Assembly: GCA_043797085.1 (NCBI GenBank)
Contig: JAZDQA010000014.1
Location: 96,001-160,000, forward strand
Direction of reading: 5' to 3'
DNA: 64,000 nucleotides
Origin: Pseudomonadota bacterium
Lineage (GTDB): Bacteria; Campylobacterota; Campylobacteria; Campylobacterales; Sulfurimonadaceae
Shown: piece by piece, positions 50,928-61,367 of the stretch
Numbering within the stretch: the first letter of the stretch is position 1
Layout of the letters: every line of letters starts with the position of its first letter
Notes under the pieces: model-generated
The model's database searches: none
Told to the model about the DNA's origin: nothing
Seen by the model: only the letters and a program-made list of their open reading frames with translations
Position numbers and translations under genes: made by a program

Positions 50928-50983
50928 TTCCACATGGTCGGAGCGACCTGACTCGAACAGGCGACCTCTACCACCCCAAGGTA
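50928..50983. repeat. att site copy overlapping the intact tRNA-Pro
   Basis: Identical to 45554-45609. Confidence 0.95.
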
Positions 50984-51012
50984 GTGCGCTAGCCAAACTG
51001 CGCTACGCCCCG
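50935..51012 (-). tRNA. tRNA-Pro (anticodon GGG)
   Basis: CGGGGCGTAGCGCAGTTTGGCTAGCGCA-CTACC-TTGGGGT-GGTAG-AGGTCGCCTG-TTCGAGT-CAGGTCGCTCCGACCA; cloverleaf with encoded CCA. Confidence 0.96.
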
Positions 51013-51089
51013 ATCAATAAATGTGGAGTGCAAGAATAATCAAAAATTGATTAATCCGACCTAAAAGTGACTCTCGATATACTCTGCTT

Positions 51090-51851
51090 ATGCAAATTGT
51101 ACTCCCATCCATTTTACTATCGAATCCAAAAGTCACTGCCTGTTTTACGACTCGGCATGGTGGAGTGTCGCACGCTCCCTATACCACTGCAAATCTTGCA
51201 TTTCATGTCGGCGACGTGCTCAACGATGTTCTCCAAAATCACGATTTGCTTGCGAATGATTTGGGTTATGATCGAAAAATTTTAGTGCACATGTCTCAAA
51301 TTCATTCCGATACCATCATAACTATCGATGATACACACCGTTTCGATACCCCGCCTCAATGTGATGCGCTTATAACCAATCGCCTTAATACTCCGCTTAT
51401 GGTGATGAGTGCCGATTGTACTCCTATTTTGATCTACGATCCGATCCATAATGCTATTGGGGCTGTTCATGCAGGGCGGAAGGGAGCACTTAATGAGATT
51501 CTTCCTAAAACACTCCATGCCATGAGACAAGCATTTGGCACTCAAATCAATGATGTTAAAATCGTACTAGGTCCTTCAATACATGGATGCTGTTATGAAG
51601 TCAATGAAAGCATAGTCAGCGAAACAGTAGATAAGGGATACAGGGATGCAATACGAAGAGAAGTTGAACAAGTCTTTTTAGATGTCAATACCATTTTATT
51701 ACTGCAGCTGCAAACGTTAGGGGTAAAAGAAGAAAATATTGAAGTGATTAATCATTGCACCTCATGCAACTGCGATACCTATTTCTCGTATCGTGCTGAT
51801 GCACAACATACTGGGAGGATTGCGGGTGTAATTATGCTACGACCTGCTTAG
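51090..51851 (+). CDS. pgeF: Peptidoglycan editing factor PgeF/YfiH family
   Basis: TTRHGGVS, QIHS, DALIT, ADCTPI, HAGRKG, GPSI, FSYR. Confidence 0.9.
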   Translation: MQIVLPSILLSNPKVTACFTTRHGGVSHAPYTTANLAFHVGDVLNDVLQNHDLLANDLGYDRKILVHMSQIHSDTIITIDDTHRFDTPPQCDALITNRLNTPLMVMSADCTPILIYDPIHNAIGAVHAGRKGALNEILPKTLHAMRQAFGTQINDVKIVLGPSIHGCCYEVNESIVSETVDKGYRDAIRREVEQVFLDVNTILLLQLQTLGVKEENIEVINHCTSCNCDTYFSYRADAQHTGRIAGVIMLRPA

Positions 51852-53646
51852 CAAGCTGGTGAGGAAGTAATCCAAGCGATTCTTCGACGAGTATCGTGTT
51901 ACCGTGCTTTATAAACTCATCCCCGTATTCAAAACTCACCACTTGGACATCCATGATTTTTTCTTCGGACAACCATTCGAGCAATGCACTTCCAACACCG
52001 CCCATGCGCGACGAATCACTAAAGACATACCATCTTTTATGACTTTTAGACATTCGTATCAGCATTTTTGTATCGAGGGGTTTTACAAAACGTAAATCAA
52101 GCAAAGAGGGTTTTTCCTCCATAAGCTCCATAGTCTGTGCTGCACGTCCAACACCATTGCCGTATCCGATAAACAATATATCAGAGTCATTGGAAATTAA
52201 CAGCTGAGATTTTCCTGTCTCGAAAGGGAGAGACTCAGGTAAATTTGCTTCAAAAAACGCCCCTCTTGGATAACGAATAGCACACGGTCGGTCATACTCG
52301 GCTGCATACGCCACGATCTGATGAAATGATTTTTCATCCCGTGGCGCGCACAGTGTCATGTTTGGGATAAGACGTAAAAAGCTAATATCAAATGCCCCTT
52401 GATGCGTTTCACCGTCTTCACCAACAATACCGGCACGATCAAGAGCAAAGACGACCGGCAAATCCATCAAACACACATCGTGAACAACTTGATCGAATCC
52501 ACGCTGTAAAAAAGTCGAATAGATCGTACAAAACGGTTTAAATCCCTCTTTTGCCAATGCTGCCATGGAGGTTACCGCATGCTGTTCCGCAATCGCCACA
52601 TCCCAAAAACGTTCGGGATATTTTTCCATCAAAGCACTTAATCCTGTACCGCTTGGCATCGCGGCAGTTGCTCCCACGATTTTTGGATTATGGTCGGCTT
52701 GATGCATGAGCGCTTCGGCGTAGATTTGCGTAGCACTTTTAGCAGAACTTTTCGCATTAGCCGTTCCACTTTTCAGATCAAAAGGAGAGACGCCATGCCA
52801 TTTTTCATGTTTACCCTCAGCAATCTCATACCCTTTGCCCTTGATGGTCTGCACATGAACCAAAACAGGTTTCCCCATTGCTTTTGCCATGCTCAAAATC
52901 TCTACAAGAGATTTAAGATCATGCCCATCAACAGGACCTATGTACTCAATCCCCATCTCTTCAAACAGTATCCCCGGAGTAATAAGCTTAAATGATTCTT
53001 CAAATCGTTTGGCGAGATAATGGGCACCTTCACCAAAATTATCGACAAAGGCTTCTGTTTTCTTTTTAAACCGTTGATAAAAAGGACTTGCCATAGCGGA
53101 ACTGAGCATTCGACTAATTGCCCCGATTGGTTTGGCGATACTCATCTCATTGTCATTGAGAATAATGACCATCGGATATTTTCGATCACCCAGCTCGTTA
53201 AGCGCTTCATACACCATCCCCGCAGAAAGTGATCCATCCCCGATAAGGACTACGGGAATACGACTTGCCTGCTCGTTTTTAAGGGCAATGGCTTTGGCGG
53301 CTCCCACACCCAGAGAAATCGATGTTGAGCTATGACCTGCCACGAAATAATCACAAGGGGACTCGGAAGGTTTCGTATATCCGCTTAGTCCATCGAAACG
53401 GCGCAGGGTTGTAAACTCTTCCCAACGATCCGTAAGAAGCTTATGCGCATACGCTTGATGGGAAACGTCAAAAATAAAAGGATCTTTTGAGGAATCAAAT
53501 ACTTTATGCATTGCTACGATTATCTCAGTAGCACCCAAGGTAGAGCTCAAATGACCCCCATTGGTACTGACAACTTCCAAAATTCGATCCCGTATTTTTT
53601 GTGAAAGCGCTTTTAATTCATCGTGTGTAAAATCTTTAATGTCCAT
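51832..53646 (-). CDS. dxs: 1-deoxy-D-xylulose-5-phosphate synthase
   Basis: GGHLSSTLG, DVSHQAYAHK, GHSSTS, GDGS...NDN, IAEQHA, DRAGIVGEDGETHQG. Confidence 0.97.
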   Translation of the reverse strand: MDIKDFTHDELKALSQKIRDRILEVVSTNGGHLSSTLGATEIIVAMHKVFDSSKDPFIFDVSHQAYAHKLLTDRWEEFTTLRRFDGLSGYTKPSESPCDYFVAGHSSTSISLGVGAAKAIALKNEQASRIPVVLIGDGSLSAGMVYEALNELGDRKYPMVIILNDNEMSIAKPIGAISRMLSSAMASPFYQRFKKKTEAFVDNFGEGAHYLAKRFEESFKLITPGILFEEMGIEYIGPVDGHDLKSLVEILSMAKAMGKPVLVHVQTIKGKGYEIAEGKHEKWHGVSPFDLKSGTANAKSSAKSATQIYAEALMHQADHNPKIVGATAAMPSGTGLSALMEKYPERFWDVAIAEQHAVTSMAALAKEGFKPFCTIYSTFLQRGFDQVVHDVCLMDLPVVFALDRAGIVGEDGETHQGAFDISFLRLIPNMTLCAPRDEKSFHQIVAYAAEYDRPCAIRYPRGAFFEANLPESLPFETGKSQLLISNDSDILFIGYGNGVGRAAQTMELMEEKPSLLDLRFVKPLDTKMLIRMSKSHKRWYVFSDSSRMGGVGSALLEWLSEEKIMDVQVVSFEYGDEFIKHGNTILVEESLGLLPHQLAKQVVA

Positions 53647-53657
53647 TGTAACCCTAA

Positions 53658-54443
53658 TTATGATTCCAGCAACAACGATCTTTTCAATCGTTCAAACCGC
53701 TTTTTTATTTGTGAGTCAATATTTCCTAAATCACTGATAGCAACTACCCCGCCGGCACTAATCGCACGATCCGATAGTACTTCAACATTTTTGAGAGATC
53801 CCACTTTTTCAGAAATAATACCATGATCGTTTGGATTCACGCGCAAGGTGATCTTGGCGGCATCACTAAGCTCTTCAATCAAAGACTCAGAGAGTTTAGC
53901 TGCGATTTTAGCACTGTTTTCCTGCGTCTCAATCCCAATAACTTCTTTTGCAATATCAAGTGCCGTATGCGTTAACTCTTTTTTGATCTCACCAAGAGAA
54001 ATAGAAAACTGTGCGGCTGTATCTTCTAATGTTTTTACCGACAATGAAAACTGATCTTGCCCCTGCGTATTGCGTTGAGAATTTTGCAACTGCTCTTGCG
54101 CTATTCCGGCTGAAAACCCTTCCTCAAAGCCGCTTTTTTTTGCCTCTTCAAGAGCCTGAGTATGTTCTTCCTGAAGGCTTTCAAGGCGCATTTGCATTTT
54201 GATAAAATTCGAACTCATATCATCCGCTTTTTTTAACAAAGATTCAATCAACTCATCTTTTGCTGATGTAGATTCACGATTCTTTTCCCCAGAAGGTTGT
54301 GGAAGCGAAGGGGTCTGAAGCTCTAATTCCTCGTAGGCTTTTTGGACACTGGTTCCGCTTAATCCACTCAAAATTTTAAACTGATATTTTCCAATTGCAT
54401 GACCCGATAAATTATCTTTAGTAATCACAACATCTTCACTCAT
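53658..54443 (-). CDS. fliH: Flagellar assembly protein FliH
   Basis: GFEEG repeat, IAKEVI, LRVNPND, GGVV...GNID; follows fliG. Confidence 0.9.
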   Translation of the reverse strand: MSEDVVITKDNLSGHAIGKYQFKILSGLSGTSVQKAYEELELQTPSLPQPSGEKNRESTSAKDELIESLLKKADDMSSNFIKMQMRLESLQEEHTQALEEAKKSGFEEGFSAGIAQEQLQNSQRNTQGQDQFSLSVKTLEDTAAQFSISLGEIKKELTHTALDIAKEVIGIETQENSAKIAAKLSESLIEELSDAAKITLRVNPNDHGIISEKVGSLKNVEVLSDRAISAGGVVAISDLGNIDSQIKKRFERLKRSLLLES

Positions 54444-54448
54444 CGTCT

Positions 54449-55474
54449 TTAGTCAATCATCTCTTCAGATGCCCCTAATTCTAATACTCCCTGCTCTGCA
54501 AGTGATTGAACCGCATCAACGATTTTACGCTGAGCCGTCTCTACTTCTTTCATTTTCACTGCACCCAAGAACTGTAACTCTTCCACAAAAGTATCTCTTG
54601 CTCGTTGCGACATACACGAATAAAACTTCTCTTTAAGCTCTTCCGGAGAGCTTTTAAGTGCCAGCATAAGGTCATTTTTATCGACTGCTTTGAGAATTTC
54701 TCGAACCGCATTCACATCAAGACTCGTAATGTCTTCAAACGTAAACATCATCTCTTTGATGGATGCAGCAAGTTCTTGATCCAATTGTTCAATCTGAGAT
54801 AATGTCTCTTTGGATACTTTTGCACCCAAGCGGTTAAAGACATCGGCAACCGCTCTTGGACCGCCCACTTCAACTTTATAGCTTGCCAAAGATTCAAGTT
54901 TAGATTCAAGAACCGCACTCACCCGCTTAATAATAGCAGGAGAAATATCTCCCAATTTTGCCATACGAATAACAACTTCTCCCCGCAGTTCAGGGCTGAA
55001 AATATAAAGTGTTTCCGCGGCAGCCGAAGGGTCCATATGCGCCAAAATAAGCGCTATGGTTTGAGGATGCTCGGTTGTAATAAAATCCGCTAATTGTTGT
55101 GGTTTAATTTTAGCCAAATAAGCAAAATTTTGAGAACCTTGCATGGTTTTACTCAAACGTTCCAACACTTTTTTAGCCTCATCGGCTCCCAGTGCTTTGT
55201 ACAGAATCTCTTTTGCATACTCCAATCCACCCGTATTTAAATACTGATTGGACTGAATAATGGCATAAAATTCTTCTAAAACAGCGGCACCGATACTTTT
55301 TTCAATGGAGCTATTATTAGCAATATGTTTAGAAATTTCGGTAATGGATTCGATATTCATACGTCCAAAAATTTGTGCGGTTGAATCTTCACCCAACTGA
55401 ATTAACAATAATGCTATTTTTTCGGCCATTCCCATTTCATCAAAATGTGCCTGTTGCGGTTGGCTCAATGTCAT
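54449..55474 (-). CDS. fliG: Flagellar motor switch protein FliG
   Basis: EHPQTIALIL, GG linker, MFTFED, MSQRAR, AQRKIV. Confidence 0.96.
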   Translation of the reverse strand: MTLSQPQQAHFDEMGMAEKIALLLIQLGEDSTAQIFGRMNIESITEISKHIANNSSIEKSIGAAVLEEFYAIIQSNQYLNTGGLEYAKEILYKALGADEAKKVLERLSKTMQGSQNFAYLAKIKPQQLADFITTEHPQTIALILAHMDPSAAAETLYIFSPELRGEVVIRMAKLGDISPAIIKRVSAVLESKLESLASYKVEVGGPRAVADVFNRLGAKVSKETLSQIEQLDQELAASIKEMMFTFEDITSLDVNAVREILKAVDKNDLMLALKSSPEELKEKFYSCMSQRARDTFVEELQFLGAVKMKEVETAQRKIVDAVQSLAEQGVLELGASEEMID

Positions 55475-55491
55475 ACTAGACTCCTCTTTCC

Positions 55492-57204
55492 CTACGTATT
55501 ACGCATTGGCATCGCTTCTTCATTGATAAGCGCTTGAATCAATGAAGCAATTTCGTCAGGGCGATCTTCGGCTATTTCACGAATTTTTTCAAGTAATACG
55601 TCATATTTTAACTCATCTTCGTTGAAGCCTTCGCCAAGCCCCAGCTGATTTTCCACTTTTTTACGCATTTGCTGAACTTTTTCGACAAGGTCTTCATCCT
55701 CATCGTCACTAATTTCCAATATAGGCTTTTCAAATTCTTCCTCTTCTCTGGTGAATTCCAGCATTCGATCGGCGAAAGGAAGAATAACTTTTTTATAGGC
55801 GACAAAAAGGATTATAGCAACTAAAATGTATTTAAGAACAGGTATAAAGGGCTCAACATAGGTGGTAAAAAAAGCTGATGTTTTGGATGCTGCATCTTTA
55901 GAACCTAAACTTCCTTTGGTAGCTTGAAACTCAAAATTCCGTACGGTCACCAAATCCCCGCGCGCATCATCAATCCCTATGGATTGCTTTGCCAGTGAGG
56001 TTATCGCATCAAGTTGCGTTTGATCCAATGCAACGTATGCCATTTCATCGCCGGCATCCCCATTCTCTGCTTTTTTGGCTTCATATTTTCCATCTACAAC
56101 CACTGCCGCTGTAATACGCTTAATGCGTGCAAATTCCATTTTAGTGGTTGATACCGTTTTGGAAATTTCAAAGTTTGTGGTTCCTGTCGTCTTTTCGTAC
56201 TTTTCCGCGCTGCCAGACGATCCATTTACATCAGAGGGACCAATATTACTCACAGCACCCGGAACTCCTCCGACAGCCGCTGGTGACGCTCCATCACGTT
56301 TTTCTTCAGAGGTTTGTTCACTTCGCACTACGTTTTCAGGGTCATATTTTTCAGACGTTGAACTTTGTTCCGAAAAATCATATTCAATCGTTACCTTAGC
56401 AACAACACGGTCTTTACCGCCAATAAAGGGAGCAAGAACATTAATGATTTTTTCTTCTTGCTTTTTCTCTTCTTTGGTTTTATACTGCTGCTGCATTTGG
56501 GAAAGCTCACCCATCATTGCATCAGAATCACTGTCGCCTAGGCTTTCACCTTCAGAATTAATCAGTGTAACATTTTCTACTTTGAGTTTAGGAACAGCAG
56601 CTGCGACAAGCTTTTTAATCCCGCGAATCTGCTTGGGAGTAAGTTTGCGATCTTCGTACAGTTGAACCATAACCGATGCAGAAGGGGGGACTTCTTCAGA
56701 AACAAACAACGTCTCTTTCGGTAAAGCCAAAGAAACACTTGATTTTTCTACCGGTGAAAGGGAATCGATGGAACGGGCAAGCTCCCCTTCCAATGCACGT
56801 CTAAACTTTACCTCTTGATCAAAATTGGTTGCACCAAATTCTTGTTTGTCAAAAAGCTCAAATCCGACATGCCCCTCTTTTGGAATTCCCATTGAAGCGA
56901 TCGTGATACGCTCTTTGTATACGACCTCTTTAGGAACTTCAATAACATTATCACGCGGAATTCTATAAGGGATTTTGTCTTTTTCAAGTTGTGCAACCAC
57001 TTGCGCTGCATCTTGCGGAGTCAAAGATTCAAATAAAACCTGATACCCTTCATCCTTGCTTGAGGGAGAATCAGACGTATACACAACCAAAAAAATCAAA
57101 AAACCGATAATCCCTGCAACTGCGGCACCGATTATCGTTTTCTGTGCTTGGGTTAACTTCCCAAAAACAATCACAAGTTGTGAAAAAAGTGCTTTAAAAT
57201 CCAT
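55492..57204 (-). CDS. fliF: Flagellar MS-ring protein FliF
   Basis: Two TMs, GFELFD, RALEGELARSI, ASV, GGVPGAVSN, RGD. Confidence 0.96.
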   Translation of the reverse strand: MDFKALFSQLVIVFGKLTQAQKTIIGAAVAGIIGFLIFLVVYTSDSPSSKDEGYQVLFESLTPQDAAQVVAQLEKDKIPYRIPRDNVIEVPKEVVYKERITIASMGIPKEGHVGFELFDKQEFGATNFDQEVKFRRALEGELARSIDSLSPVEKSSVSLALPKETLFVSEEVPPSASVMVQLYEDRKLTPKQIRGIKKLVAAAVPKLKVENVTLINSEGESLGDSDSDAMMGELSQMQQQYKTKEEKKQEEKIINVLAPFIGGKDRVVAKVTIEYDFSEQSSTSEKYDPENVVRSEQTSEEKRDGASPAAVGGVPGAVSNIGPSDVNGSSGSAEKYEKTTGTTNFEISKTVSTTKMEFARIKRITAAVVVDGKYEAKKAENGDAGDEMAYVALDQTQLDAITSLAKQSIGIDDARGDLVTVRNFEFQATKGSLGSKDAASKTSAFFTTYVEPFIPVLKYILVAIILFVAYKKVILPFADRMLEFTREEEEFEKPILEISDDEDEDLVEKVQQMRKKVENQLGLGEGFNEDELKYDVLLEKIREIAEDRPDEIASLIQALINEEAMPMRNT

Positions 57205-57221
57205 TCTTTTGAATGCCTACT

Positions 57222-58316
57222 TTACAATAAAGGTTCTGTTAGTTCAAAAAATCGGTCATTTTGTAATGATGTGCCGACGGTCACGCGAATGGCGTTCAAT
57301 CCATAACTGCTTAAATCTCGTATAATCATACCCTTTTTTAACAATTCTTGAGCTATTTTAGATGAATTTTTTGTTTCAGGAAGTGATAATGTCACAAAAT
57401 TAGTATAACTGTCGATTATAGCAATCTTTTTTGATGCCGCGAATGCTTTATATCGCTCCATCTCTTTAAAATTATCGGTAATACATTCCTGAACAAAACC
57501 CTCATCTTCAAGCGCTACAGATGCAGCTTCAAGAGATAGTGTCGTGATATTAAAAGGGGGACGAACTTTATAGAGCGCTTCAATAATATTTGAGCGAGCG
57601 ATCCCGTATCCTACTCGCATCCCACCCAAGCCATACGCTTTTGAAAAAGTCCCTAAGAAAAGGACATTCTCAAATTCAGCTATTAGCTCTCGCGGTTCTA
57701 CTGCTTTTTTTGGATCTTTAAAACGTGCGTACTCCATATACGCACCATCTACGATAACGAGCGTATCCGAATCAATTTTTTTGATAAAGGCAAGCATTGA
57801 CTCAGCGTCGATTGCATCACCCGTCGGATTATTGGGGGTACAAAGAAAAATAATAGAAGGTTTATGTTCAAGATAAAGAGCATAAAACTCCTCCATATCA
57901 TGTTCTCGTGAAGCGGTACGAATAATTTTAGCCCCTACTTGCTTGGCATAAATTTCATACATCGCGAAGGTTACACTGTTCATCAGCACAGATGTATCTT
58001 GATGGGCTTTGGCATGAATTGCAAATTCGATTACTTGATCGCTTCCTGCACCAATAATAAGTTCATTAGGTTGTATGGCATATTTGCTCGAAAGAGCATT
58101 TTTGAGCTTTATCATCGAGTCGTCCGGATAAAGTGCCATATTATCAATGATACCGCGCACAGCCTCTTTCACTTTGGGTGAGCATCCAAAAGGATTTTCA
58201 TTGCTTGCCAGCTTCACGATATCTTCTTTATTAATCCCATATTCCCGAACAACTAACTCGATAGGCTTACCCGCCTCGTAACTTTTTATCGACTCTAATG
58301 TGCTGTTAAATTTCAT
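57222..58316 (-). CDS. hisC: Histidinol-phosphate aminotransferase
   Basis: [38 protein letters not shown]; start trimmed to MKFN. Confidence 0.93.
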   Translation of the reverse strand: MKFNSTLESIKSYEAGKPIELVVREYGINKEDIVKLASNENPFGCSPKVKEAVRGIIDNMALYPDDSMIKLKNALSSKYAIQPNELIIGAGSDQVIEFAIHAKAHQDTSVLMNSVTFAMYEIYAKQVGAKIIRTASREHDMEEFYALYLEHKPSIIFLCTPNNPTGDAIDAESMLAFIKKIDSDTLVIVDGAYMEYARFKDPKKAVEPRELIAEFENVLFLGTFSKAYGLGGMRVGYGIARSNIIEALYKVRPPFNITTLSLEAASVALEDEGFVQECITDNFKEMERYKAFAASKKIAIIDSYTNFVTLSLPETKNSSKIAQELLKKGMIIRDLSSYGLNAIRVTVGTSLQNDRFFELTEPLL

Positions 58317-59395
58317 AATTCTCCCTTTACATAGCTTCCAAGCCACGTTACTTCTTCTGAATGTTTAGTCATAATCTGTTGAACGTTCTCTTCATCGATG
58401 TGACCAAAAAAATCGATAAAAAACCAATAGGCGAAACCATCATTATCTCGTGCAGGACGGCTTTCAATTTTACTAAGGTTAATCTCTGCTTTGTTAAAAT
58501 CTTCCAAAAAGTGGAACAATGCTCCCGATTTTTGAGCGTCTTTCAATCGAACTAAAATCGAAGTTTTATCTTCACCGCTGGGAGCATTTTTAAAATCACT
58601 CAGGATAAAGAAACGTGTAGCATTATTATGTGCATCCTCGATGTTCTCAAATAAGGTCGGTATCCCGTACAGTTTTGCTGCAATATGGGAACAAATTGCG
58701 GCAGCTTCAGGATCTTTGGATGCCAAAACAGCTGCTTTTGCCGTTGATTCCACGGGGATATGCTCAATCCTGTCCAATCCATGCTCCAGTAAAAAATCGC
58801 GGCATTGACCAAAGCCTTTGTCTTTCGAGTAGATTCTTTTGATATCATGCAATTTTTCAGCTTTGGTTACAAATGCCATATGGATCGGCATATAGAGTTC
58901 CGCAACGATTTTAACACTGCTTTTTCCCAATAAATCAAGCGTTTCACCCACTACACCATCACGGCTGTTTTCGATGGGAACAACACCGAACTTTGCACGT
59001 GATGCTTCAAGAGTCTTAAATACCGCATCGATAGAACCTAACGAGAGGTAATCACTCATTGCCCCAAAACGTGACTCGGCAGCTTGGTGGGTAAAACTTC
59101 CCTCCGGTCCTAGATATGCAATCTTTTCAGGAAGCTCAAGATTGCGTGCAACTGCAAAAATTTCTAAAAAAACCGCTTCAATCGCTTGATAATTGAGCAG
59201 ACCACCCGACTGGGCACTAAGATTGCTCAAACGATCAATAATCGCTTTTTCTCGCTCGGGACGATAAATCGCCCCTTTGGTTTCGTGTTTGATTTCCCCA
59301 ACGCGTCGTACTACTTCCATACGACGATTTAGAAGGGTAATAACTTCATTATCCAACGCATCTATTGCTTCTCGACACTCTTCCAATGTATTCAT
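58313..59395 (-). CDS. pheA: Chorismate mutase/prephenate dehydratase
   Basis: REAIDALD...[32 protein letters not shown]. Confidence 0.95.
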   Translation of the reverse strand: MNTLEECREAIDALDNEVITLLNRRMEVVRRVGEIKHETKGAIYRPEREKAIIDRLSNLSAQSGGLLNYQAIEAVFLEIFAVARNLELPEKIAYLGPEGSFTHQAAESRFGAMSDYLSLGSIDAVFKTLEASRAKFGVVPIENSRDGVVGETLDLLGKSSVKIVAELYMPIHMAFVTKAEKLHDIKRIYSKDKGFGQCRDFLLEHGLDRIEHIPVESTAKAAVLASKDPEAAAICSHIAAKLYGIPTLFENIEDAHNNATRFFILSDFKNAPSGEDKTSILVRLKDAQKSGALFHFLEDFNKAEINLSKIESRPARDNDGFAYWFFIDFFGHIDEENVQQIMTKHSEEVTWLGSYVKGEL

Positions 59396-60165
59396 AAATT
59401 CTCCAATACGGATTGTATATCTGGATAAACGGCATCCGGCTGCACCGTCAAACTTGGCAATATCTCTTGGGCTGAACGATATTTTCCGCTCAGAACAAAA
59501 ATGCCTCTCATACCAAGTATCTGGGCTGGAATCAAATCTCCGGTTACATCATCGCTAATGATCGTTATGTCTTTAAAAGCAATCCCTTCTTTCTGCCGAC
59601 AAAGAGCCGCTAAAGCAGATTTAAAAAAAGTAGTGCTGGGTTTTCCAACGACCGAGTAGTGAGTTGAAGTTGCGAATTCCAACATTTTTAAAATAGCACC
59701 TACTCCAGGGTAACGTGTATGATTTTTGACGTACAAGGAGGTTTCATGCATTCCCATGAGTTTAGAACCTCGTAAAAGAAATTCAATTATCTGAGCATAC
59801 TCATTCGCAGAAAAATCCTCTTTTATTGCCACAAGAACAACATCCGGAGTTTCAAAATCCAGGAGATACCCCATGGAACCCACGACATTCAAAAACTCCG
59901 AAGAACCATACGCAGCAATTTTTTCATCCTTGCCAATATGTTCCGCAAGCACCATGAGAGGATCAAGATAATGATTTTTAGGAATCTTTAGTCCAATCGA
60001 ATTTAAGTAAGCCAAAAACTCTGCACTTGGATTTTTGGTGCTGTTCGTGATAACCATGTATGGGATGTTTGACGTATTCAGATGATCGATAAACGCTATA
60101 GCTCCACGAATAGGAAGCTTTGTATTATCGTCAATCAACGTCCCCTGTACATCAATAAAAAACAT
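59392..60165 (-). CDS. HAD-IIA family hydrolase (NagD-like)
   Basis: FIDVQGTL, ITNS, VGKPS, ISDD...DL, VLSGK. Confidence 0.85.
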   Translation of the reverse strand: MFFIDVQGTLIDDNTKLPIRGAIAFIDHLNTSNIPYMVITNSTKNPSAEFLAYLNSIGLKIPKNHYLDPLMVLAEHIGKDEKIAAYGSSEFLNVVGSMGYLLDFETPDVVLVAIKEDFSANEYAQIIEFLLRGSKLMGMHETSLYVKNHTRYPGVGAILKMLEFATSTHYSVVGKPSTTFFKSALAALCRQKEGIAFKDITIISDDVTGDLIPAQILGMRGIFVLSGKYRSAQEILPSLTVQPDAVYPDIQSVLENL

Positions 60166-61367
60166 TAAAGATACTCGCGCTCTAATGCAATAAGATCATC
60201 GAAACTTTCACGAGCACGAATAAGTCGAGCTTCACCATTTTGGTACGCTACTTCAGCAGAGCGTCCTCGTGTGTTGTAGTTGCTTCCCATCCCAAAACCA
60301 TACGCTCCGGCACTGTGAACGACCAATACATCATTATGCTCCAGCATAGGTAATGGATATGCTTTTGCTAAAAAATCACCGCTTTCGCATACAGGACCCA
60401 CAACATCCGCCAGTGACAATTCACCTTCTTTGTCCAATGCCTCAATACGATGATACGCATTGTAAAGACTGGGACGGATGAGATCATTCATCGCACCATC
60501 GACAACCACAAATCGTTTTTGACCATTTTTCTTTTCATACAATACTTTTGTCAAGAAATAACCGGCATTCGCCGTCAAAAAACGTCCCGGTTCACAAAGA
60601 ATCGTCACATCAAGACCTTTAATCGCCCCTAAAATAGCTTGCGCATAATCATAAGGGGTAATCGTTGTTTCATCATTATAACGAACTCCTAAACCACCGC
60701 CAATATCAAAAAATTTAAGATTAATATCAATGGCACTCAATGAACGCATCAAATCAGCCACAATCACCGCTGCTTCATAGATGGGTTCGAGCTGGGTCAG
60801 TTGGCTTCCGATGTGAAAATGGATACCGACAGGATCTAATGCGTCTGAGTTTTTTGATCGAATATACATCCGTTTAGCCGCATCAATTTCAACTCCAAAT
60901 TTATTGTCATGAAGACCGGTAGAAATATAAGGATGCGTTTGGGGATCGATATTCGGATTAACACGGATGCTGATACGCGCTTTGGTATTCAGTTCTTGCG
61001 CGATCATCTCGACTCGACCAAGTTCCGCTTCACTTTCTACATTGATGTAAAGAATATCGCTGGCAATCGCTTCGCGAATTTCATCGTCTCTCTTGCCCAC
61101 ACCGCTAAAAATAACCTTATACGCAGGAATACCTGCCATCAAAGCACGACGCACTTCCCCGATAGAAACACAATCCGCTCCTGAACCAAGAGAGGCAAAA
61201 TGTTTAATGACGCTTAAATTAGAATTGGCTTTAACCGCGTAGGCAAGAATCGATTTTCTCCCACGAAATGCCTCTTTAAGAGTCTCAAATTGCTCTTTCA
61301 TTGCATCAAAATCATAAACATACAACGGTGTCCCGTAGGTTTGTGCCAAAGATTGAAATGGGATCAT
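60165..61367 (-). CDS. lysA: Diaminopimelate decarboxylase
   Basis: GTPLYVYD, YAVKAN, HIGSQ, DIGGG, EPGR, GPVCESGD, GAYG, SNYN; start trimmed to MIPF. Confidence 0.96.
   Translation of the reverse strand: MIPFQSLAQTYGTPLYVYDFDAMKEQFETLKEAFRGRKSILAYAVKANSNLSVIKHFASLGSGADCVSIGEVRRALMAGIPAYKVIFSGVGKRDDEIREAIASDILYINVESEAELGRVEMIAQELNTKARISIRVNPNIDPQTHPYISTGLHDNKFGVEIDAAKRMYIRSKNSDALDPVGIHFHIGSQLTQLEPIYEAAVIVADLMRSLSAIDINLKFFDIGGGLGVRYNDETTITPYDYAQAILGAIKGLDVTILCEPGRFLTANAGYFLTKVLYEKKNGQKRFVVVDGAMNDLIRPSLYNAYHRIEALDKEGELSLADVVGPVCESGDFLAKAYPLPMLEHNDVLVVHSAGAYGFGMGSNYNTRGRSAEVAYQNGEARLIRARESFDDLIALEREYL

Larger units (their letters stand above)
45554..50983. mobile_element. Small integrative element in tRNA-Pro (5374-bp repeat period)
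   Basis: Bounded by 56-bp direct repeats; carries integrase, xis-like, HTH, resolvase, Rep-like and two cargo genes. Confidence 0.93.

Noticed and set aside
45554..50983. Prophage interpretation of the island
   Set aside because: No capsid, terminase, tail, Zot-like ATPase or small coat genes; too small for a complete phage
56075..56665. 196-aa plus-strand ORF
   Set aside because: Antisense shadow of fliF
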